From: an uncultured Gammaproteobacteria bacterium
GTDB taxonomy: Bacteria; Pseudomonadota; Gammaproteobacteria; JBBQDK01
DNA length: 64,000 nt
Direction: 5' to 3'
Assembly (NCBI GenBank): GCA_963778665.1
Contig: CAVZVG010000005.1
Coordinates: forward strand, 205,805 to 269,804
The notes beneath the pieces are model-generated. The model did not search any database. It saw nothing but the letters and a program-made list of their open reading frames with translations, and was not told where the DNA came from. Positions 60,746 to 64,000 of this stretch are shown here, in pieces. Numbering within the stretch: position 1 is the first letter of the stretch; the number at the start of each line of letters is the position of its first letter. Position numbers and translations under genes: made by a program.

Positions 60746-61192
60746 ATGGCTATCAGTAACGACAGTGAATTCAAGACCGCATTGGATACTCTTTCGGCCG
60801 CCAGACAGCGCCTGTTGGCCGCCCTGTTCACCGAACGTGTTTTGTATCTGTGCAACGACGTTCGGGTGGCCGGCGCGATCAGTGCGGCAAAACGGCCGGA
60901 CATCACCGATGTGGAACTGTCCGCCCTGCATCAGGCCGTCAAGACCGTCAGCATCGAAAGTTATACCCAGTGCGGCCACGAGACGGACTGGATGGCGCAG
61001 GCCGGGCACTTTGTCGCCAAGGCCGCCATGGCCTGCATGCAGCCCGCCGGGCCCGGCACCAATCTGGCCTGGGACGCGGCGATGGCCAGCCGCGTGGCGC
61101 GCACTTGCGAAGCCATCACTTCTGGCCAGGGTACAGCGAACAGCGAAGCCGAAACCCAGTACCGTCTATCGGAAGAGTATTTGAAACAATAG
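60746..61192 (+). CDS. Hypothetical 148-aa cytoplasmic protein with 4 Cys, inserted between isp2 and hynL
   Basis: Good RBS (AGAGGAG), ATG start, host-like codon usage, tight spacing to isp2 (24 nt) and hynL (38 nt). No recognisable family. Confidence 0.55.
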   Translation: MAISNDSEFKTALDTLSAARQRLLAALFTERVLYLCNDVRVAGAISAAKRPDITDVELSALHQAVKTVSIESYTQCGHETDWMAQAGHFVAKAAMACMQPAGPGTNLAWDAAMASRVARTCEAITSGQGTANSEAETQYRLSEEYLKQ

Positions 61193-61229
61193 CACCTTCT
61201 GCCCAAGACCCCCATAAAGGAAGCCGAAC

Positions 61230-62990
61230 ATGAGCGCACAAACCGTCGTCGTCGATCCCATCACCCGCATCGAGGGCCATCTGCGCATCGAGGCCGAAAC
61301 CGATGACAGTGGCACCATCACCCACGCCTCCAGCGCCGGCACCATGGTGCGCGGCATCGAATTGATCCTGCGCGGCCGCGACCCGCGCGATGCCTGGGCA
61401 TTCGCGCAGCGTATCTGCGGCGTCTGCACGCTGGTGCACGGTCTCGCCTCGGTGCGTTCCGTCGAGGACGCGTTGAAATACGAGATCCCGCCCAACGCGC
61501 AGCTGATCCGCAATCTCATGATCGGCGCGCAATACATCCACGACCATGTGATGCATTTCTATCACCTGCATGCGCTGGATTGGGTGGACGTGGTCTCGGC
61601 GCTGAAGGCCGATCCCAAGGCGACCTCGGACCTCGCGCAATCGATCAGCAATTACCCGAAGTCCTCGCCCGGCTATTTCGCCGACATGCGCAAGAAGCTC
61701 CAGAACTTCGTCGAGGCCGGCCAGCTCGGTATTTTCGCCAACGGCTACTGGGGTCATCCCGCCTACAAGCTGCCGCCGGAAGCGAATCTGATGGCGGTCG
61801 CGCATTACCTCGAGGCACTGGCCTGGCAGCGTGATGTCGCGCAGTTGCACACCATCTTCGGCGGCAAGAACCCGCATCCGAATTTCCTGGTCGGCGGTTC
61901 ACCGGCCGCGATCAGCGTTCATCCCGGTAACGTGGGCCAGAACAATGGCGGTGGCGCGGGCGCCACCGCGGTCAACATGGTCGGCCTGCAGAGAGTCAAG
62001 GAGATCATCGGGCAGATGAGTGATTTCGTCGATCAGGTGTATGTACCGGATACGCTCGCCATCGCCGGCTTCTACAAAGACTGGGCCACGCAGGGCGAAG
62101 GCATCGGCAACTTCATGACCTACGGCGATCTGCCGTCGAAAAGCATGGCCGATCCGTCCAGTTTCCTGATCCCGCGCGGTGTGATTCTCGATCGCGATCT
62201 GTCCACCATCCATCCGATCGATCTCAACGCCGACGACGAAATCCAGGAATATGTCGCGCACTCCTGGTACGACTACAGCGTCGGCAAGGACAAAGGCCTG
62301 CACCCCTACAAGGGCGAAACCAACCTGAACTACACCGGTCCGAAGCCGCCGTACGAGCATCTGGAAACCGACAAGAGCTACTCGTGGCTGAAATCGCCAC
62401 GCTGGAAAGGCAAGGCCGTCGAAGTCGGACCGCTGGCGCGCGTGCTGATGCTGTACGCCACAGGCCATGAACAGACCAAGGAACTGGTGAACATGACACT
62501 CAGCAAACTCGACGTGCCTGTGCAGGCGTTGTACTCCACGCTCGGCCGTACCGCCGCGCGCACGCTCGAAACCAAGATCATGGCCGATGCCATGATGGGC
62601 TGGTACACCGATCTCATGACCAACATCAAGGCCGGCGATCTCAAGACCCACAACGAGAAACTCTGGGATCCGTCCACCTGGCCCAAGACCGCCAAGGGCG
62701 TCGGCTACATGGAAGCCCCGCGTGGCGCGCTGGCGCACTGGATCGTCATCAAGGATGCAAAGATCGACAACTACCAGGCTGTCGTGCCCAGCACCTGGAA
62801 CGCCGGCCCGCGCGACCCCATGGGGCAGGACGGACCCTACGAAGCCGCGTTGAAGGGCACCAAACTGTATGACGCCAAACAACCTATCGAGATCCTGCGC
62901 ACCATCCACAGCTTCGATCCCTGCATCGCCTGCGCGGTGCACGTGACCGACCCGGAGGGCGAGGAACTGGTCAAGGTGAAGGTCAGATAA
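61230..62990 (+). CDS. hynL: [NiFe] hydrogenase large subunit
   Basis: N-terminal RICGVCTLVH and C-terminal DPCIACAVH Ni-Fe ligand motifs; 586 aa. Confidence 0.9.
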   Translation: MSAQTVVVDPITRIEGHLRIEAETDDSGTITHASSAGTMVRGIELILRGRDPRDAWAFAQRICGVCTLVHGLASVRSVEDALKYEIPPNAQLIRNLMIGAQYIHDHVMHFYHLHALDWVDVVSALKADPKATSDLAQSISNYPKSSPGYFADMRKKLQNFVEAGQLGIFANGYWGHPAYKLPPEANLMAVAHYLEALAWQRDVAQLHTIFGGKNPHPNFLVGGSPAAISVHPGNVGQNNGGGAGATAVNMVGLQRVKEIIGQMSDFVDQVYVPDTLAIAGFYKDWATQGEGIGNFMTYGDLPSKSMADPSSFLIPRGVILDRDLSTIHPIDLNADDEIQEYVAHSWYDYSVGKDKGLHPYKGETNLNYTGPKPPYEHLETDKSYSWLKSPRWKGKAVEVGPLARVLMLYATGHEQTKELVNMTLSKLDVPVQALYSTLGRTAARTLETKIMADAMMGWYTDLMTNIKAGDLKTHNEKLWDPSTWPKTAKGVGYMEAPRGALAHWIVIKDAKIDNYQAVVPSTWNAGPRDPMGQDGPYEAALKGTKLYDAKQPIEILRTIHSFDPCIACAVHVTDPEGEELVKVKVR

Positions 62991-62995
62991 TCAAT

Positions 62996-63035
62996 GTAGC
63001 CTGGGTTGAGCGATAGCGAAACCCGGGTATTGCTG
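62996..63035. repeat. Partial REP family A copy (GTAGCCTGGGTTGAGCGATAGCGAAACCCGGGT..)
   Basis: Lies 6 nt after the hynL stop. The left arm plus loop are conserved; the right arm is diverged. Confidence 0.55.
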
Positions 63036-63062
63036 CACGACATCACTTAGCGAGGAGACGAC

Positions 63063-63653
63063 ATGAGCACGCGAGCAAGACAACAATTGATCATCGCCCT
63101 TTGCGCACTGGCCCTGCCACTCACCGCATCGGCACATATTCTCGGCATGCATGGCGCCGGCTTCATGCAAGGCCTGTTGCATCCACTCTCGGGACTCGAT
63201 CATCTGCTGGCCATGTTCGCGGTGGGACTCTGGGCCTCGCAACTCGGCGGTCGGGCGTTGTGGGCCGTTCCCCTGGCTTTTGTCGGCACCATGGTGCTGG
63301 GCGCCGTCCTCGGCATGACAGGTTATGCGCTGCCCTTTACCGAGACCGTCATCGTACTGTCGGTGCTGACGCTGGGCCTGATGATCAGCTTCGCGGTACG
63401 CCTGCCGACCGCTGTCGGCATGTTGCTGGTCGGCGTGTTCGCCCTGTTCCATGGCCATGCACACGGCACCGAACTGCTGCAGGCCTCGTCCGCGTCGGCT
63501 TATGCACTCGGCTTTGTCATCACGACCGCGGCTCTGCACGGTGTCGGCATTTTCGCCGGGCTCGGCCTGTCACGGATCGAGTCGCGGCAATTGGTACGCG
63601 CCGGCGGTGTCGCCATCGCGATGACAGGACTGGCACTGTTGCTGAACATCTAG
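63063..63653 (+). CDS. hupE: HupE/UreJ-family nickel/cobalt transporter
   Basis: Signal peptide; conserved HILGMHGAG and ..FHGHAHG.. His-rich motifs; six TM helices. Confidence 0.8.
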   Translation: MSTRARQQLIIALCALALPLTASAHILGMHGAGFMQGLLHPLSGLDHLLAMFAVGLWASQLGGRALWAVPLAFVGTMVLGAVLGMTGYALPFTETVIVLSVLTLGLMISFAVRLPTAVGMLLVGVFALFHGHAHGTELLQASSASAYALGFVITTAALHGVGIFAGLGLSRIESRQLVRAGGVAIAMTGLALLLNI

Positions 63654-63683
63654 AAACACACCCCTATCCTCCGCTGTCTTTCA

Positions 63684-63708
63684 CGCCCCGCTCTGCGGGG
63701 CGTTTTTT
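63684..63708 (+). terminator. Rho-independent terminator (CGCCCCG-CTCTG-CGGGGCG then T6)
   Basis: Perfect 7-bp GC stem followed by TTTTTT, 30 nt after the hupE stop. Confidence 0.7.
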
Positions 63709-63927
63709 ATCGCCGCCTCTGTTTTTCACGGGCATGACGACATTGGCTTTCCCCGATAACAGCATGGTGATTCGGGCAATGCGCCACGCAGCAGACCGGC
63801 CTGATACGTCGGTAAACTCCCTCATCGATGCATACCTGCACTGACATCGACACACTGACTACAGTACTATGTGCGCGCATCACCGATTCGCGTCCATTTT
63901 CCCAACGATCGATAAAAGGCAGCTCTC

Positions 63928-64000
63928 ATGTCGGATAACGCACAGGTCTTCAGTTCCACGGGGCTCGGCGCGCAGGCCAATAATCGACCGAGCGAGCCCT
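63928..64000 (+). CDS. 5' end of an unidentified gene (MSDNAQVFSSTGLGAQANNRPSEP..), truncated by the window edge
   Basis: ATG preceded by AAAAGGCAG; only 24 codons visible. Confidence 0.25.
   Translation, partial: MSDNAQVFSSTGLGAQANNRPSEP

Noticed and set aside
1-64000. Insertion sequences, integrases or phage genes that might explain the compositional islets at 5.8-8.7 kb and 11.3-19.6 kb.
   Set aside because: No transposase, integrase or recombinase-like ORF, and no terminal inverted repeats bounding the islets, were found. Only the apbE-fragment direct repeat and the REP elements are present.
1-64000. CRISPR arrays or rRNA genes.
   Set aside because: There are no arrays of regularly spaced identical repeats. 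The recurring palindromes are dispersed singly and differ in spacing. No rRNA-like conserved stretches were seen.

Overview
This is a high-GC (about 65%) proteobacterial chromosomal segment with an anaerobic and redox theme. The Isp-type [NiFe] hydrogenase arrangement and the DsrE-like gene suggest a sulfur-oxidising or phototrophic gamma- or betaproteobacterium, but that is inference.

Supported content, in order:
- **1-5.8 kb:** hemN 3' end, then ubiT and a yhcC-ubiU-ubiV operon (O2-independent ubiquinone biosynthesis), then an FNR-box-associated nitronate-monooxygenase-family flavoprotein.
- **5.8-8.7 kb:** a low-GC islet carrying a frameshifted DUF1566/PEP-CTERM gene and a decayed sulfotransferase relic.
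- **8.7-11.2 kb:** hypE, a DsrE-like gene and a pseudouridine synthase.
- **11.3-13.6 kb:** a heavily degraded 2.3 kb secreted-protein gene.
- **14.1-19.7 kb:** a 5.4 kb segment bounded by a duplicated apbE 5' fragment, carrying His/Gly-rich secreted proteins and a large frameshifted outer-membrane beta-barrel gene.
- **19.6-32.6 kb:** apbE with the DUF3570/DUF4266/TlpA module, run on with two beta-barrel OMP genes (one SH3-fused), a TolB-like beta-propeller di-haem lipoprotein, two further CxxCH cytochrome-type proteins (one LamG-fused) and a broken DUF1501-like Tat protein.
- **32.7-41.6 kb:** a TPR-protein plus ExbB-ExbD-ExbD-TonB block.
- **41.8-51.1 kb:** a second PEP-CTERM protein (frameshifted), a 1020-aa PBP-like protein, a DMT transporter, a yjfB-like gene, sodC, an FAD amine-oxidase-like gene and a DUF423 gene.
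- **51.2-56.5 kb:** hypF, hypD, hypB, hypA, hypC on the minus strand.
- **56.7-63.7 kb:** hupD-like protease, short hupH-like gene, hynS, isp1, isp2, an unannotated 148-aa Cys-containing ORF, hynL, then hupE/ureJ.

Two families of GC-rich palindromic REP/MITE-like repeats sit at gene 3' ends. Several genes carry apparent single-base frameshifts in homopolymer or GGC runs. These may be assembly errors or pseudogenes; the sequence alone cannot tell.

No rRNA, CRISPR array or transposase was seen, and no tRNA was evident by eye. Start coordinates derived from ORF-track offsets are reliable to about +/-3 nt; non-coding feature coordinates are approximate.
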